Source: Nemertoderma westbladi
Taxonomy: Eukaryota > Animalia > Xenacoelomorpha
Assembly (NCBI GenBank): GCA_032718475.1
Contig: JAUCBJ010001524.1
Location: 1-42,536, forward strand
Reading direction: 5' to 3'
Length of the DNA stretch: 42,536 nt
Shown here: in pieces, positions 1 through 13,649 of the stretch
Numbering within the stretch: position 1 is the stretch's first letter
Layout: every line of letters starts with the position of its first letter
Notes under the pieces: model-generated
Told to the model about the DNA's origin: nothing
The model's database searches: none
What the model saw: the letters and a program-made list of their open reading frames with translations, nothing else
Made by a program: the position numbers and the translations under genes

Positions 1-930
1 CATTATGTTTACAAGTTGTCATTTATCGACCAATCAAGGATGAAGCCATGATTATGCTAGGCTACATCATATAAAGCACTGCACTCAAACAGTGCTGCTT
101 CGTTATACGAGTTCAAATTGAAACTGGTATTTCGCAATTTCCAAGAACGAGACCGGGATTGGCTCTAACGGCATATTAAACTTTCACCCCACCCCTCTAA
201 TGTTACAGTTTTCACACAATTATAGACCTCCATCCTACAACATTTAAGACCAACATTTTTAACGTAAATTCCTAATATTTCCCCTTTGAGCTGCAGTTTT
301 GCTTCCATAACGACCGAAGTTATGTTACTTACACACATTCCTCTATGTCCCTACCTCTGCTATCGACCGTGAAGTCATTAAATGAACAGCCAGACCCTTA
401 ATATCATAAAAATATTTTATTGCTATTTATTGATACTGATATAATTATTAAATTAATAAATTATTAAATAATAATATAAGAGAATTAGTACAAATTGCCG
501 AAAGCATCCCAATCCGATCCCCATTAAATATATCGTATTCCAGGATTACCTTGCAGTACGAATCGAAATCCAATTTTCGTATCAAAATTTATTGTTTTCC
601 ATTAAATTGATTTATTTGTATTCCTTATTGTTTAGATAAAGGTTTAATTAGTGCAATCACAAGTTTTTAAACTAATGTTTCTCATTTATTTCAATAGAAA
701 CTCCTGTTATTTAGTAAAAAATACCACACGAAAAAAATACGAAACGTATTTCGTATCGTATCTTCGATATTTCGTATTTCAAAAACCATATTTGTACCGT
801 ATCCTGTCCCTAATGTGAGCTGACAGTGTTTGCTTGCATAATAATACTGCTCGTGTTCACTAACTATTAATTGTTCAGTGTAGTATATCAATCGTATTCC
901 TATATCAGTATTCATTAATATATTATGAGT

Positions 931-1071
931 TTATGAGGAACCAAGAAATATATTAACAAATTCTTCGTATTTAATATATCCGTCTTTGTCCGTATCTACG
1001 GTGTCGATAAATATTTTCAACTCCTCGTCTGTGAATGGCTCACCCATCGTTGCTAACACGGATTGTAATTC
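931..1071 (-). CDS. Calmodulin-like protein, exon 4 (EF-hand 4, stop)
   Basis: Acceptor TTCGTAG|. Encodes ELQSVLATMGEPFTDEELKIFIDTVDTDKDGYIKYEEFVNIFLGSS*, a typical calmodulin C-terminus. Below the ORF-track size cut-off; translated by hand. Confidence 0.93.
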   Translation of the reverse strand, partial: ELQSVLATMGEPFTDEELKIFIDTVDTDKDGYIKYEEFVNIFLGSS

Positions 1072-1092
1072 CTACGAATAGAACAAAACCAG

Positions 1093-2252
1093 TTTATTTA
1101 TGTCCAACCCAGCGCCTTACTGGGTGCTGAACCGAGTGGTTTGTTACACAAGCCAAAGTAGTGAATGGTTGCAAAACTGATGGTGAAATATTACAATACA
1201 GTCTACACAAAATTTAGCACATTTTATAGCATTAAGAGGATTTATTGATAAGTCAATCAGTCATTGCTTATATACCGGAAAAAATGTGCGTCGAAAAATT
1301 GAACCTTACAACAAAAACCTATATCGTGTTTATACAAAAAAAGTTGTTACGACCGGGTCTCAATTCAAATCCGGTAAATAAAATAGCTATTTAAGCTCCT
1401 GTGTTCTGCTGACAGCTAAAATTTCGCACTTTCTATCACTTAATGGTAGATAGACTTACTGTCTCAGGTGTCACTGATTTAGTGAGTGATACAAAGGTAA
1501 TAATAGTGGGGGAAAGCGTACTTTCTTGCACTGTTTCTACAAATTTTAGTGAGAAAATGTGTAATTTTCAAGTAAATAATTATTTATTACATAAGGGAAA
1601 AAGTATTACATATGGGAAAAAAGTATAACTTTTTTTCACTATTCTCGAGACAATTTTATTTACCGGGCGCGATTAATAAAATGGTTGAGAGAATATTAAA
1701 AAAATATGTTCTACGTTTTTTTCCCATGCAATACGTAATTTTATTCTTAAATTGGTATTTGAGGCTTAATTTTTTTTTATAAAAGATAGAGCGATTTAGA
1801 GTTACAAAATGCTTCCTTACTCAATGTTAAATAATTTAGTGTTCTCGAATATTTATTACGTAACTAGAGAGCCGCTTAACTACATAAACAAATATTGGAT
1901 GAGTTCCGTTTTGGAGTTCGCCTTTCAGACACTAAAGTTGCAATAACTTTTGAGTGTTTGAATGAATTTTGCTCAAATTACTTGTAAACCTTTTCTACTT
2001 CGATACTAATAAAATTTAAGAAATCCCACCAAAAATATTTTATTTTACTTTTTTCAATGCAATCATATGGGATACTTTTTATCCCTAGGGGAAAAGTATT
2101 CATTTTCTCCCGATTTTGGGGTAAATTCGAGCGAAAAGAGTAACAATTTTAAGAGTAAATGTTTACTTTAAAGTTGTTGATACATCGAACCAAAATGGTT
2201 TGGGTAGTTTTCATGTCTCTATGTATAATGCTGGGCTGGCCATCATAACTAA
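1093..2252. mobile_element. Putative non-autonomous Helentron/HINE-like element in intron 3
   Basis: T-rich start; subterminal inverted repeat TGTCCAACCCAGC (~1101) versus GCTGGGCTGGCCA (~2230), 11/13 matching; 5' hairpin ACCCAG-n7-CTGGGT; no coding capacity. Boundaries approximate. Confidence 0.35.
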
Positions 2253-2327
2253 TCTCACTTATTTATACTGATTAGGTGACTCTATAACGAATTACTATTT
2301 ATTATTTTGTTTAATATCCCGCCTAAC

Positions 2328-2472
2328 CTCCGTGTCAATCGTCCCACTTCCATCTTTATCGAACGTTGTGAAGGCTTTCATTAATTGGGTCGGTTTAGTT
2401 TTAATCCAATTCTCCGACATTATTCCGTCGAATTCCTCTCTACTAAGCCGGTGGTCCTCGTTGACGTCGTAT
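2328..2472 (-). CDS. Calmodulin-like protein, exon 3 (EF-hands 2 and 3)
   Basis: Acceptor TTCTAG|, donor GAG|GTTAGG. Encodes YDVNEDHRLSREEF...AFTTFDKDGSGTIDTE; phase is consistent with both neighbouring exons. Confidence 0.93.
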
Positions 2473-2484
2473 CTAGAAGTCAAT

Positions 2485-2764
2485 GTGTATTGTTACAATG
2501 GTTGCATTGAATTCACATCTCCCGTAGGTCGTGGGTTCGATCCTCACATGGGCCAGGGCAGTTTTCGTTTCGGCACGAATGCTTTAAAGGGACCAGCCAG
2601 GGCGCATCTCTGCCTTGCATCCTTAAGTGGTAGCTAAATGAGTACTGGAGTTTCCTCTGGGGAGTAAAGTTCTGGGGGGACCGCACTGGAAATAAGTCGT
2701 CAGACTTTGTGCGTAATCCCTGGCCTAGTGGCCGAAGAAAATTTGCTTTTTACTTTACTTTTAT
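2485..2764 (+). mobile_element. tRNA-derived SINE with Deu/Nin-like core
   Basis: B-box GGTTCGATCC (~2534); degenerate A-box (~2491); core CTCTGCCTTGCATCC...TAAATGAGTACTGG...TGGGGAGTAAAG resembling the Deu/Nin SINE domain; (TTTAC)n tail at ~2747-2763. Confidence 0.65.
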
Positions 2765-3699
2765 GGCTTCACAGTTTCTTAAAGGACCATGTTATATACC
2801 CTTATTTTTTAGAAAAAATTATTAATAAAAATAATTTCTTGCAGATAGAATGTAGTGGTATATAAAAATATTGGTTATGTTATGGTGACAGCCACAGGAC
2901 AACAACTGTATGTATCCCAGAGGAAAATGTACGCATGGGTTATATTTGGGTTAGGATTATGCCACGTATTACGGATGTACTCTAGCAAGTTATTCTATCC
3001 GACTGTTCGAATATATGAGTAAGGATTCCGTGGGGGGATAAACCGCAAACCGGTAACAAGATATTAATAGGCCTATTCAAAATAATACCGAATATACGAT
3101 GCACGCAATTTTTATGTCGCACAATGTATAATGTTAGTGTAAAAGTAGCACAGATGTAAGGCAAGCAAGACTCTAGGTTATTAATACCTAGGTAAGACTA
3201 AGTACTACATCAATAAAGGGAATTTAAACCACAACCGAACCCTTTGAGAAGTAACCCCGGAAATAAAAACCATCTAAGGCCGATGAATTTTCATGAAAAG
3301 CACGAAAATTAAACCTCTAAGTAAAATTGTGAGGATTAACTTAATAAAGTTTATTAAATGATATAGTAGTTGTCTGCAGATAAATTACTATAATAAATTT
3401 TGCAAATTTATGTCAAATGCATAAGGAATATCGCGTTTAACAATGTATAATCTAACCTCCCCATGTATAAAACCCTAAAATCCATATCCTAAACCTCCCG
3501 ACCCATTGGGAGGTTCTTAGCGTTGTATAAACCTCTTTAAAGGAATCCAAACTGGGACCTAATATTTATAGCCCAATAAATTATGGACATCATGTGAACA
3601 GATATGGAGCACTTCTATTTACAGATTCGAAGATATGTGGTAATTAAACAAAACATGCTAAACCTAATCACCATCCCATATGTTCTACACCAAACTAAC

Positions 3700-3867
3700 T
3701 TTTTCATCATGTCCTCAATGTTTTTTGTTGTCGGATTTAACCCACAACATCTCATAGCGTTCCCCAACTCATTTATATCTATGGATTCATCTTTGTTCAA
3801 ATCAAAATCCCGAAACACTTCATTCACTGCCTCTATTTCTTCCTCGGTTTGCTCAACCTTTTCTGAT
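3700..3867 (-). CDS. Calmodulin-like protein, exon 2 (EF-hand 1)
   Basis: Acceptor TTATAG|, donor AA|GTTAGT. Encodes SEKVEQTEEEIEAVNEVFRDFDLNKDESIDINELGNAMRCCGLNPTTKNIEDMMK, matching the calmodulin pattern F..FD..G.I...EL..MR.LG.NPT. Confidence 0.92.
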
Positions 3868-3967
3868 CTATAATTAAACACATTTTATCAGAGACTGTGA
3901 ATTTTATTAGATAGAATATCGGCGGGTTAAATTTTAAATTTATAGTAGTATTGTATCAGTATTGAAA

Positions 3968-5619
3968 ATCAAACTAACTACTTGTATTGTATCAAACTAA
4001 CTTATATATAACTAACTACTTGTATTGTATCAAACTAACTTATATATAACTAACTACTTATATTGCATCAAACTAACTTATATTAAACTAACTACTTATA
4101 TTGCATCAAACTAACTTATATATAACTAACTACTTATATTTCATCAAACTAACTTATATATAACTAACTACTTATATTGCATCAAACTAACTTATATATA
4201 ACTAACTACTTATATTGCATCAAACTAACTTATATTAAACTAACTACTTATATTGTATCAAACTAACTTATATATAACTAACTACTTATATTGCATCAAA
4301 CTAACTTATATTAAACTAACTACTTATATTGCATCAAACTAACTTATATATAACTAACTACTTATATTGCATCAAACTAACTTATATATAACTAACTACT
4401 TATATTGCATCAAACTAACTTATATATAACTAACTACTTATATTGCATCAAACTAACTTATATATAACTAACTACTTATATTGCATCAAACTAACTTATA
4501 TTAAACTAACTACTTATATTGCATCAAACTAACTTATATTAAACTAACTACTTATATTGCATCAAACTAACTTATATTAAACTAACTACTTATATTGCAT
4601 CAAACTAACTTATATATAACTAACTACTTATATTGTATCAAACTAACTTATATTAAACTAACTACTTATATTGTATCAAACTAACTTATATTAAACTAAC
4701 TACTTATATTGCATCAAACTAACTTATATTAAACTAACTACTTATATTGCATCAAACTAACTTATATTAAACTAACTACTTATATTGCATCAAACTAACT
4801 TATATTAAACTAACTACTTATATTGCATCAAACTAACTTATATATAACTAACTACTTATATTGCATCAAACTAACTTATATATAACTAACTACTTATATT
4901 GCATCAAACTAACTTATATTAAACTAACTACTTATATTGCATCAAACTAACTTATATATAACTAACTACTTATATTGCATCAAACTAACTTATATATAAC
5001 TAACTACTTATATTGCATCAAACTAACTTATATTAAACTAACTACTTATATTGCATCAAACTAACTTATATTAAACTAACTACTTATATTGCATCAAACT
5101 AACTTATATATAACTAACTACTTATATTGCATCAAACTAACTTATATTAAACTAACTACTTATATTGCATCAAACTAACTTATATTAAACTAACTACTTA
5201 TATTGCATCAAACTAACTTATATATAACTAACTACTTATATTGTATCAAACTAACTTATATTAAACTAACTACTTATATTGCATCAAACTAACTTATATA
5301 TAACTAACTACTTATATTGTATCAAACTAATTTATATTAAACTAACTACTTATATTGCAGCAAACTAACTTATATATAACTAACTACTTATATTGTATCA
5401 AACTAACTTATATTAAACTAACTACTTATATTGCATCAAACTAACTTATATTAAACTAACTACTTATATTGCATCAAACTAACTTATATATAACTAACTA
5501 CTTATATTGTATCAAACTAACTTATATTAAACTAACTACTTATATTGCATCAAACTAACTTATATTAATCTAACTACTTATATTGCATCAAACTAACTTA
5601 TATATAACTAACTACTTAT
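3968..5619. repeat. 38-bp AT-rich satellite, left arm (~43 units)
   Basis: Unit AACTAACTACTTATATTGCATCAAACTAACTTATAT(AT/TA); period of 38 checked directly (4091 to 4129). Confidence 0.97.
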
Positions 5620-8233
5620 TATTATTATTATTATTCACCAGTTTCGTATTCGTACACCAGTTACCTGGGAACAAAGTATGCACTGTACTTACATAGATAC
5701 ATGGTGTAGATAGAGCACAATTTGTTATAATGGTTGAACATAAACGGCAGTAAATGAAGGAACACCAAACAAAAACACCAAAACCACAAAATTAGACAGA
5801 TGAAACGTAATCCAATATAGATTTCAGCTCAATATTTGAAAAATTATCTACAGAAGCAACATTGGAGATCGCATCAATTAATTCTCTGCACAAGGTAATT
5901 CTCCACTCATCTTCAACTGCACAAATAGAGTACTTAAGTTTTCTAGCTACCAAATTAGCAGTTAATTGCGTAATATCTGATATACCAATGAGATTTGCAA
6001 TATACCGTAAATTACACCCACTAGTACTCCTACAATCGTATAGAAATCGGTAGCCTAGGAACCGCAGACACAATCTATCTGAAGAAATAATCGAATTAGT
6101 AAAGTTAATAAAATTTTTACACATTGAGATCCACGGATGAGGAAAATCAACCAAACCTTCTACTATAAACCTATGCGAGTTATAAGGTAAACCACAAACA
6201 ATTCGAACGTTAGTATTCCAACTATTGAAAAACTTCTTACATTCCATTGATTGAAAATTCCATAAACTACTACCATACAAATCTAAAGCATATAAACGTT
6301 GAATGTAAGTTATATTTGCCGGGTGACAGTAATAAAATTCTTGTTTAAGATTATTAAGTTTACCTATTAATTTACCCCGTTTCAACAAAATGTCATCTGA
6401 AAAACAGCACTTAAAATCTAGCACATTGCCCAAATGGGTTGCCTTTTTAACCCAAGGCAAAACACAGTTACCTATAAAAATTAACGCAGTTGGTGGGTTC
6501 CAACATTTGCTAAAAGGGATACACTTACATTTACTTTTGGATTGGTCACTACTTACACTAAGTCGCAAACCAAATTCTCTACAAAACCTTTGGCATATAT
6601 TAACCATAAACTGCAGACCGGACACTGATGGGCACAAAAGAAGAACATCATCAGCGTACGCCAAAACCCAAAATACTGCCCTCCTACAAAACACCCCACC
6701 CTACAAGATCGCAGTGACTTAATTAATATATTCAATACCACACAAAACAAAATCGGGGAACAAACTGAACCCTGACGCACTCCATTCGAAGTATTAAATT
6801 GAAAAGAGAGAGCGTTTAACCATTTAACTGAACAAATTTGGTTTTTATAAATAAATAACAGACATCTCAAATATAAGACAGAAAATCCCTTTTTAATTAG
6901 CTCTAGGAATAATTTTGGCCATTCGACTAAATCAAAGGCCTTCGTGAAATCTAAAAGGCAGCCATACACCGGTGTAGAATTACGAGAATAATAATTTATC
7001 ACTTCAGAGGCGGACCAGGTGCACATGACTGTACTAGACTTTATGCGGAAACCAAATTGCAAATCGTCAAGACGCAACTTGTCTCCTTGACTGATAAGCA
7101 TTAACCATTCAAAAACTTTCAACAATAATGCACAGATAGCATTAGCTCTATAATTGTTATCATCAGATAAATCACCAAGATTAGTTTTAACTATAGGAAC
7201 AAACGAAATTGACAGTAAACTATTAGACACAGAACCGTGCGATAGAAAAGAATTAAACAACTTTGCTAAATGACTTTCTAAAACGGGGCCACCATTAATT
7301 AATACACCAGAGTCAAAAGAATATGCCACATCAGATTTAGCATTTTTTAATTTCAAAAGGGCCTCGTGAACATCAGAAGTGGAAATAAATTCACTGTGAC
7401 CCGCACAATTTTCACTACCTAGCAGGTGAACTTCATCGATTCTACTTTCAATTTCAATTCGAACTAAATTATCTACTTCAGTCATTTTATGCGTATTGGT
7501 ACCGGATACAGGTTGGTTGTACAGATCCTGGTAGACCCTTGCAAAATTATTCGCAATTTCTACTGGATCAGTACAGCCACCCACCGAACCACTTACAACA
7601 GACTGATTACCTCGCAGTTTTTTAATCGCATCAAAAATGCATCCATTCCCAGACAAACAAGCATCCAAAATTTTATCGTGTTTAACCAAATTCTGAGTCC
7701 GCTTTAGCCTACGGACAGCATATTTATACTGTGCTCTAGACTGCCTACGCATGAAATTCAAATAACTATTGGCAACTGGTCTCCCAGCTGACCTCCAAAC
7801 ATCGAACCAGAACATAGCCTCCGTTTTGAAACCTTTCACATATTGGTTCCATCCTGGAATAGTACGAGATCTACCATTGGCCTGCTGACTTCCGCCAGTT
7901 TGAGGCAAACATGCTGCAGCTGTATCTAAAGCCTTTAAAATATCAAGCGAGTAATTATCAAAACAAAGTCGATGTTCTGGAGATGTGCACAACAAATCAT
8001 TGCAATTAAAACAATCGGAATGTAAATTAATATTCTGAAGATTGGTATTTAAACTACTCAAAAATAGCGAGATATCATCAGTGGAAGCTTTGGAAAACAA
8101 ACTTCTAGAGGATTTCTCATTTTCAACTACATCAAAATTTAACAAATCTACTTTAAATTTCATATATATTGCACTGTGGTTAGATAGATTTGAACCAGAA
8201 TGTATAACATCAGCCTCATAACACGCATCTAGT

Positions 8234-8844
8234 ACACGTTCGTGGGGACTTCGCGCAGCACGTAGTCGGCAAGCCTTGGCATACGGTTCATATAGAGCAA
8301 ATGGGGCATGTCTAGTTTGGACCCCATATCCCATGCTATAAATGTATTCATTCGATATACAATCATATGTTAATCCGCTAGGTGGTGTCAAATTGTTATT
8401 CTGCAATTTCGTACTTACCAGTGCAGCACTGTACAGCAGTACCGTACCGGTAGGCCTATGTCATTACTTCTGAGTCTCTAGCGGATCCCCAATTAAATGT
8501 CTTAACTTTTCAATTTCGTAAAAGATAGACTTCATGATTCTCTACAGGCCACCAAAATTTCAGCTCAGGAAAATGAGGCCTTCCCGAGAAATTTAACATT
8601 TTCTAAAAACCACATAATCTGTCGTAGCTGACGTCAGACTGCATGATTTTTCACCAAACTTTACAAACTTTCTAAACTTTCTCTCTACTACTTACCTACT
8701 AAGTTTGGTTCAATTCCGAAAGAGCGATGCCGAGAAATTCGCGTTCAAACATTTACCAGACAGACGGACAGACAGACGGACATGCCCCATTTGCCCTATA
8801 TGAACCGTATGCAAAGGCTCGCCGACTACGTGTCTCGCCCCACA
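8234..8844. mobile_element. Non-autonomous ACA-flanked element, copy A
   Basis: ACA-CGTTCGTGGGG...TCGCCCC-ACA; ~54-bp subterminal inverted repeats (CACGTAGTCGGC...GGGGCATGTC); (GACA/GACG)n microsatellite. Removing it with one ACA restores the LINE frame (SRDVLDAC). Confidence 0.9.
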
Positions 8845-8896
8845 TCCCTACTCACAATAAAGTGATCTATAGTAGAACGATGTATGACATTATCAA

Positions 8897-9515
8897 ACAC
8901 GTTCGTGGGGACTTCGCGCAGCACGTAGTCGGCAAGCCTTGGCATACGGTTCATATAGAGCAAATGGGGCATGTCTAGTTTGGACCCAATATCCCATGCT
9001 ATAAATGTATTCATTCGATATACAATCATATGGTAATCCGCTAGGTGGTGTCAAATTGTTATTCTGCAATTTCGTACTTACCAGTGCAGCACTGTACAAC
9101 AGTACCGTACCGGTAGGCCTATGTCATTACTTCTGAGTCTCTAGCGGATCCCCAATTAAATGTCTTAACTTTTCAATTTCGTAAAAGATAGACTTCATGA
9201 TTCTCTACAGGCCACCAAAATTTCAGCTCTGGAAAATGAGGCCTTCCCGAGAAATTTAACATTTTCTAAAAACTACATAATCTATCGTAGCTGACGTCAG
9301 ACTGCATGATTTTTCACCAAACTTTACAAACTTTCTAAACTTTCTCTCTACTACTTACCTACTAAGTTTGGTTCAATTCCGAACCAGCGATGCAGAGAAA
9401 TTCGCGTTCAAACATTTACCAGACAGACGGACGGACAGACAGACAGACGGACATGCCCCATTTGCCCTATATGAACCGTATGCCAAGGCTCGCCGACTAC
9501 GTGTCTCGCCCCACA
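8897..9515. mobile_element. Non-autonomous ACA-flanked element, copy B
   Basis: Near-identical to copy A (about ten substitutions and a longer microsatellite), same orientation. Removing it with one ACA restores the LINE frame (YLFMFDNV). Confidence 0.9.
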
Positions 9516-9841
9516 TAAAAAGGTAAGTATAATCTATAGGGAATACATTCCACACGCGAGAAAGCGCATTGTTTTCTAAAAAATCCTTTAAATATTGCAC
9601 AGAAGCTGACGTACGTAAGAAATCAGCATTTAAATCTCCCGCCCATATCACACTGGTACTAGACGTTCTTGATATGACATCGTCAATATCATTTAAAATA
9701 CCCAGAAAGTCATCAGAAAGTGATTCCATGGTCCGTGAATCTGTCGGAAAATATGTGTTTAAAAGTAAAAGATTTCCACCCGGCAATTTCAACTCTAGTG
9801 CTTGCAAGCGTGGATTATTAGTTTTAACTACACGTTAACTA

Positions 9842-12800
9842 TAACTTATATTAAACTAACTACTTATATTGCATCAAACTAACTTATATATAACTAACTA
9901 CTTATATTGCATCAAACTAACTTATATTAAACTAACTACTTATATTGCATCAAACTAACTTATATTAAACTAACTACTTATATTGCATCAAACTAACTTA
10001 TATATAACTAACTACTTATATTGCATCAAACTAACTTATATATAACTAACTACTTATATTGCATCAAACTAACTTATATATAACTAACTACTTATATTGC
10101 ATCAAACTAACTTATATTAAACTAACTACTTATATTGCATCAAACTAACTTATATATAACTAACTACTTATATTGCATCAAACTAACTTATATATAACTA
10201 ACTACTTGTATTGCATCAAACTAACTTATATTAAACTAACTACTTATATTGCATCAAACTAACTTATATATAACTAACTACTTATATTGCATCAAACTAA
10301 CTTATATATAACTAACTACTTATATTTCATCAAACTAACTTATATATAACTAACTACTTATATTGCATCAAACTAACTTATATTAAACTAACTACTTATA
10401 TTGCATCAAACTAACTTATATTAAACTAACTACTTATATTTCATCAAACTAACTTATATATAACTAACTACTTATATTGCATCAAACTAACTTATATTAA
10501 ACTAACTACTTATATTGCATCAAACTAACTTATATTAAACTAACTACTTATATTGCATCAAACTAACTTATATTAAACTAACTACTTATATTGCATCAAA
10601 CTAACTTATATATAACTAACTACTTATATTGCATCAAACTAACTTATATATAACTAACTACTTATATTTCATCAAACTAACTTATATATAACTAACTACT
10701 TATATTGCATCAAACTAACTTATATTAAACTAACTACTTATATTGCATCAAACTAACTTATATTAAACTAACTACTTATATTGCATCAAACTAACTTATA
10801 TTAAACTAACTACTTATATTGCATCAAACTACTTATATATAACTAACTACTTATATTTCATCAAACTAACTTATATATAACTAACTACTTATATTGCATC
10901 AAACTAACTTATATTAAACTAACTACTTATATTGCATCAAACTAACTTATATATAACTAACTACTTATATTGCATCAAACTAACTTATATATAACTAACT
11001 ACTTATATTGCATCAAACTAACTTATATTAAACTAACTACTTATATTGCATCAAACTAACTTATATATAACTAACTACTTATATTGCATCAAACTAACTT
11101 ATATTAAACTAACTACTTATATTGCATCAAACTAACTTATATTAAACTAACTACTTATATTGCATCAAACTAACTTATATTAAACTAACTACTTATATTG
11201 CATCAAACTAACTTATATATAACTAACTACTTATATTTCATCAAACTAACTTATATATAACTAACTACTTATATTGCATCAAACTAACTTATATTAAACT
11301 AACTACTTATATTGCATCAAACTAACTTATATTAAACTAACTACTTATATTGCATCAAACTAACTTATATATAACTAACTACTTATATTTCATCAAACTA
11401 ACTTATATATAACTAACTACTTATATTGCATCAAACTAACTTATATTAAACTAACTACTTATATTGCATCAAACTAACTTATATTAAACTAACTACTTAT
11501 ATTGCATCAAACTAACTTATATTAAACTAACTACTTATATTGCATCAAACTAACTTATATATAACTAACTACTTATATTGCATCAAACTAACTTATATAT
11601 AACTAACTACTTATATTGCATCAAACTAACTTATATATAACTAACTACTTATATTGCATCAAACTAACTTATATTAAACTAACTACTTATATTGCATCAA
11701 ACTAACTTATATATAACTAACTACTTATATTGCATCAAACTAACTTATATATAACTAACTACTTATATTTCATCAAACTAACTTATATATAACTAACTAC
11801 TTATATTACATCAAACTAACTTATATTAAACTAACTACTTATATTGCATCAAACTAACTTATATATAACTAACTACTTATATTGCATCAAACTAACTTAT
11901 ATATAACTAACTACTTATATTTCATCAAACTAACTTATATATAACTAACTACTTATATTGCATCAAACTAACTTATATTAAACTAACTACTTATATTGCA
12001 TCAAACTAACTTATATTAAACTAACTACTTATATTGCATCAAACTAACTTATATATAACTAACTACTTATATTGCATCAAACTAACTTATATTAAACTAA
12101 CTACTTATATTGCATCAAACTAACTTATATTAAACTAACTACTTATATTGCATCAAACTAACTTATATTAAACTAACTACTTATATTGCATCAAACTAAC
12201 TTATATTAAACTAACTACTTATATTGCATCAAACTAACTTATATATAACTAACTACTTATATTGCATCAAACTAACTTATATTAAACAAACTACTTATAT
12301 TTCATCAAACTAACTTATATTAAACTAACTACTTATATTGCATCAAACTAACTTATATATAACTAACTACTTATATTGCATCAAACTAACTTATATTAAA
12401 CTAACTACTTATATTGCATCAAACTAACTTATATTAAACTAACTACTTATATTGCATCAAACTAACTTATATTAAACTAACTACTTATATTGTATCAAAC
12501 TAACTTATATATAACTAACTACTTATATTGCATCAAACTAACTTATATATAACTAACTACTTATATTGCATCAAACTAACTTATATATAACTAACTACTT
12601 ATATTGCATCAAACTAACTTATATATAACTAACTACTTATATTGCATCAAACTAACTTATATATAACTAACTACTTATATTGCATCAAACTAACTTATAT
12701 TAAACTAACTACTTATATTGCATCAAACTAACTTATATATAACTAACTACTTATATTGCATCAAACTAACTTATATTAAACTAACTACTTATATTGCATC

Positions 12801-12900
12801 AAACTAACTTATATTAAACTATCTACTTATATTGCATCAAACTAACTTATATATAACTAACTACTTATATTGCATCAAACTAACTTATATTAAACTAACT
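9842..12900. repeat. 38-bp AT-rich satellite, right arm (~80 units)
   Basis: Same unit and orientation as 3968..5619. Confidence 0.97.
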
Positions 12901-12913
12901 AGTGATACAGTAT

Positions 12914-13525
12914 TGTATTTGTTATTGTTTTTACATAATAAATATTTTATCACAAATTTTAGCGCAAATTATTATAATAAATGACCTTTCTCAAATTGGC
13001 GTTTATTCCTTGTGAAACTAAGATACCCCTGGGACTTCCATTACATCTATATCTATCTAAGCCAAGATATGAATTGGAGAGATATGATATATTAATTTCA
13101 AGAAAAATACGCGACTCCTAAATTTGTACACTACCCGGTTAAAAAGTACGCATGTGATGGGATTATTCCTACAATTGCGCCAATAAAAGATAAGTTATTT
13201 TCGGTAAAATAAACTTATCATTCGAGGTTAAGACCCCTAGATCCCTTCCTATAATAAATGTATAATAACAAACACCTCGGAAAAAATACAGCTTGCCAAC
13301 ACATTGTTACTATCAATAATAAGAGATGAATGGCACTTTAGAGTGTGCTGTGCACGTCTCAAAAGGTGATAGTTACTGACTGGTCACAAATCTCTTTGTT
13401 TCATTGCCTGTTCTTTCTCCCTTTGGGACCCTTCTCCCTTTGGGACTTCGCACTCTAAATATTAGATGTCATCTCTTGGCTAGATAGATATATTTATACA
13501 TTATGTAAAAACAATAACAAATACA
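12914..13525. mobile_element. MITE/foldback element
   Basis: Perfect 26-bp inverted repeat TGTATTTGTTATTGTTTTTACATAAT (12914..12939 and 13500..13525), plus a second inverted pair TATCTATCTA(A)GCCAAGA(T/G)ATGA (~13049 and ~13469). Confidence 0.6.
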
Positions 13526-13649
13526 CCAAACAATGTACCGGTAACCGGTATAAAGGTATTGTCCAACATTTCGTCCAACAATCATTTAGGATTACCCCTA
13601 TTGCTTATTTCCAAGGGGGTCCTTTATGTTACATGGTTACAAATACAAT

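Larger units (their letters stand above)
5617..9835 (-). mobile_element. 5'-truncated non-LTR retrotransposon (LINE, APE endonuclease + reverse transcriptase), disrupted
   Basis: EN motifs LLNTYFP, GDLNADF, STIDHF, SNHSAI. RT motifs LQFGFR, LLDFTKAFD, GVRQGSVCSP, YADD. Stop at 5792, short 3' UTR, (TAA)n tail at ~5617-5634. Flanked by the 38-bp satellite on both sides. Clade not assigned. Confidence 0.95.
5792..9835 (-). pseudogene. LINE ORF2 (EN-RT) pseudogene
   Basis: Reading frame broken by insertions at 8234..8844 and 8897..9515 and by a 1-nt frameshift at ~6665 just before YADD (GQYFG/xLAYADD). The N-terminal part of the EN domain is missing. Confidence 0.9.

Noticed and set aside
2485-2560. 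tRNA gene (also at ~15630-15703)
   Set aside because: Only degenerate A/B boxes with no complete cloverleaf, and both continue into SINE core and tail.
6655-6680. Programmed -1 frameshift at TTTTGGGTTTT in the LINE RT
   Set aside because: The G-GGT-TTT heptamer is not in the upstream reading frame and the break falls inside the RT core; a 1-nt deletion or sequencing error is simpler.
8237-8406. N-terminus of the 617-aa ORF (MQNNNLTPP...) and the small ORFs at 8727..9099
   Set aside because: These are read-through into the non-coding inserted element; LINE protein similarity resumes only at ~8236.
8234-9515. LTR pair or simple tandem duplication
   Set aside because: The spacer is 52 bp of in-frame LINE sequence, each copy has its own ACA flanks, and there is no PBS, PPT or internal gag-pol.
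3968-12900. Telomeric repeat, or functional branch-point (ACTAAC) array on the plus strand
   Set aside because: The unit is 38 bp and internal, and ACTAAC is simply the reverse complement of GTTAGT, antisense to the host gene.
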